Source: Macrostomum lignano
Taxonomy: Eukaryota
DNA: 23,394 bases
Assembly: GCA_002269645.1 (NCBI GenBank)
Contig: NIVC01001369.1
Span: forward strand, 1 to 23,394
Direction of reading: 5' to 3'
This document shows positions 21,817 to 23,394 of the stretch, in pieces; position 1 is the first letter of the stretch, and each line of letters begins with the position of its first letter. The notes below the pieces were generated by a model. It ran no database searches and was not told where the DNA came from. It worked only from the letters and a program-made list of their open reading frames with translations. The translations under genes were made by a program, and so were the position numbers.

Positions 21817-22742
21817 AGCTACACACAGCTGCGTGTTGAAAGGCTCCGTAAAAACATTGAACCAATTAAATTGCGCAACTTATTTCTCAGGCAGTCAGTA
21901 TCAGCGTCGGTTAAAGTTAACAAAAAGATTGCGCAATCTAAATCAGCCCTCCAATACACAGCAACTGACCCCTTCCAATACGCAGTGCAGCTAGAAATTG
22001 AACCCCCCTACCAACTATTGGGGGGGGGGGGTCGGTCGAACCCCCATTGAACTCCAAAATGAGCAAAATCTTTGCAGAAAGCTAAAAGTATGAAAATCTT
22101 TTCTTGAATGCTGTGAATTTAATTTTCATATTTAAAGCAAAAAACTTATATCCCGAACTCATCGCAGCAAGATCTTTCCAGCAATATAAGTCTCTCCTCT
22201 CTAAGTTCAAAACTCGAGCAACAGTTAGTGTTTGAAACTTTCTGATTTTAAGCATTGAAATATCGAGTGTACGTTCACTGCCTGCTAAAGATGCTCGCAA
22301 GTTTATGCATTAAAATGCACTGAATTTCACTGTGCAAAAAATACACAGGGCTTCCTGTTAAAATAAAGTCAGCCAGTGAGCCAGGGTCCGATTGTACACA
22401 CGCCGCCAATGAGAACGCGCCCATTCCCCACAGGAGAGAAAATGCACTGGCGACATAGGAAAAAGTTGTGGCGTAATCACTCAAAATTTATGCCAATTTT
22501 CAGCTCGAGCAGAAAGGGGGACAAATAAGATTATCAAAGTCAGAATTGCTGGCTTCTGCTTTTTTAGGGTCTTAAAATTTAAAATGAAAGATTAAAATAG
22601 CCTAAAGCCATCCTCGGAAAATTTGCAGTTTTCCCATATAAGTTTCAACGCTGAGTTGCAAGTATTCTAGGAGGAGTTATCGAACTGACATACATACAGA
22701 CAAACAACGCACCACTTTTAGTATTAAGAGGAGAGATAGAGA
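21817..22742 (-). mobile_element. Diverged Helitron/HINE-like module U9, 1 core (type e)
   Basis: Core from 21871; diverged arm ~22363-22729 with GACATACATACAGACA (22687-22702) and end CTTTTAGTATTAAGA; no junction hairpin or CT block. Confidence 0.4.
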
Positions 22743-22743
22743 T

Positions 22744-22830
22744 ATTCTCCGCGAAATAGAAATCCTCTCCGTGAAACTGGACTAAATCGAAATTTCTACG
22801 TCAAATAGCCCAGCTCTCAGAATTCATTGG
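22744..22830 (+). repeat. Truncated minisatellite segment duplicating 21714-21800
   Basis: ATTCTCCGCGAAATAGAAATCC...GAATTCATTGG at both positions, one substitution seen. Confidence 0.88.
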
Positions 22831-22850
22831 TTAGGGTTAGGGTTAGGGTT
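22831..22850 (+). repeat. Interstitial (TTAGGG)3TT (U10)
   Basis: Read directly. Confidence 0.93.
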
Positions 22851-23394
22851 GACAGCTGCGTGTTGAAAGGCGCCGTAAAAACATTGAACCAATTAAATTG
22901 CGCAACTTATTTCTCAGGCAGTCAGTATCAGCCTCAGTTAAAGTTAACAAAAAGATTGCGCAATCTAAATCAACCCTCAAATACACAGCAACCGACCCCT
23001 TCCAATACGCAGTGCAGCTAGAAATTGAACTCCCCCCCACCAACTATTGGGGGTCGGTCGAACCCCCATTGAACTCCAAATGAGGCACAATCTTTGCAGA
23101 AAGCTAAAAGTATGAAAATCTTTTCTTGAATGCTGTGAATTTAATTTTCATATATTAAAGCAAAAAACTTATATCCCGAACTCATTGCAGCAAGATCTTT
23201 CCAGCAATATAAGTCTCTCCCTCTAAGTTCAAAACTCGAGCAACAGTTAGTGTTTGAAACTTTCTGATTTTAAGCATTGAAATATCGAGTGTACGTTCAC
23301 TGCCTGCTAAAGATGCTCGCAAGTTTATGCATTAAAATGCACTGAATTTCACTGTGCAAAAAAATACACAGGGCTTCCTGTTAAAAACAGAACA
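22851..23394 (-). mobile_element. Diverged module U10 (type e core), truncated by window edge
   Basis: Core from 22898, close sister of U9. Confidence 0.4.

Larger units (their letters stand above)
1..23394. repeat. Composite tandem (macrosatellite-like) array of 10 co-oriented 1.0-3.6 kb units with internal telomere-type tracts
   Basis: The same ordered modules recur throughout. TTAGGG tracts start at 321, 2542, 5707, 7931, 11070, 14634, 16972, 19663, 21801 and 22831, and identical spurious ORFs recur at matching offsets. Confidence 0.97.

Noticed and set aside
22018-22031. Poly-G run as a distinct functional element
   Set aside because: The sister copy at ~23049 has only five G, so this is a homopolymer expansion or sequencing artefact.
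1-23394. Autonomous transposon or telomeric retrotransposon (RepHel, RT, transposase)
   Set aside because: No ORF of adequate length or complexity, and no HUH, helicase, RT or DDE motifs; no poly(A) tails or LTR-like ends.

Overview
This 23.4-kb window is eukaryotic, apparently non-coding, and consists entirely of one composite tandem array. There are 10 co-oriented units (U1-U10, defined from one TTAGGG tract to the next) spaced 2221, 3165, 2224, 3139, 3564, 2338, 2691, 2138 and 1030 bp apart. On the + strand each unit reads: short (TTAGGG)2-6 tract > small palindrome > 1-3 copies of a ~436-490 bp core subrepeat (counts 1,3,1,3,3,1,2,3,1,1) > ~400 bp conserved arm ending in a GACA/TACA microsatellite and ...CTTTAGTATATATAGA > 17-bp hairpin > ~710 or ~1010 bp pyrimidine (CT) block > degenerate 30-bp minisatellite > next TTAGGG tract. 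The arm end read on the - strand (TCTATATATACTAAAG...GTCTGTCTG), the inverted repeat around the microsatellite, the hairpin and the variable central tandem repeats resemble non-autonomous rolling-circle elements (Helitron / Helentron-HINE / DINE-1 type). That assignment is inferred from architecture only, and no Rep/helicase ORF is present. Units are mosaics of a nearly identical young subfamily and older diverged variants, with a switch to a CT-less diverged subfamily at ~21540. All ORFs in the supplied track look like by-products of the repeats; no gene, RNA gene or CRISPR array is supportable. The organism cannot be identified from the sequence.
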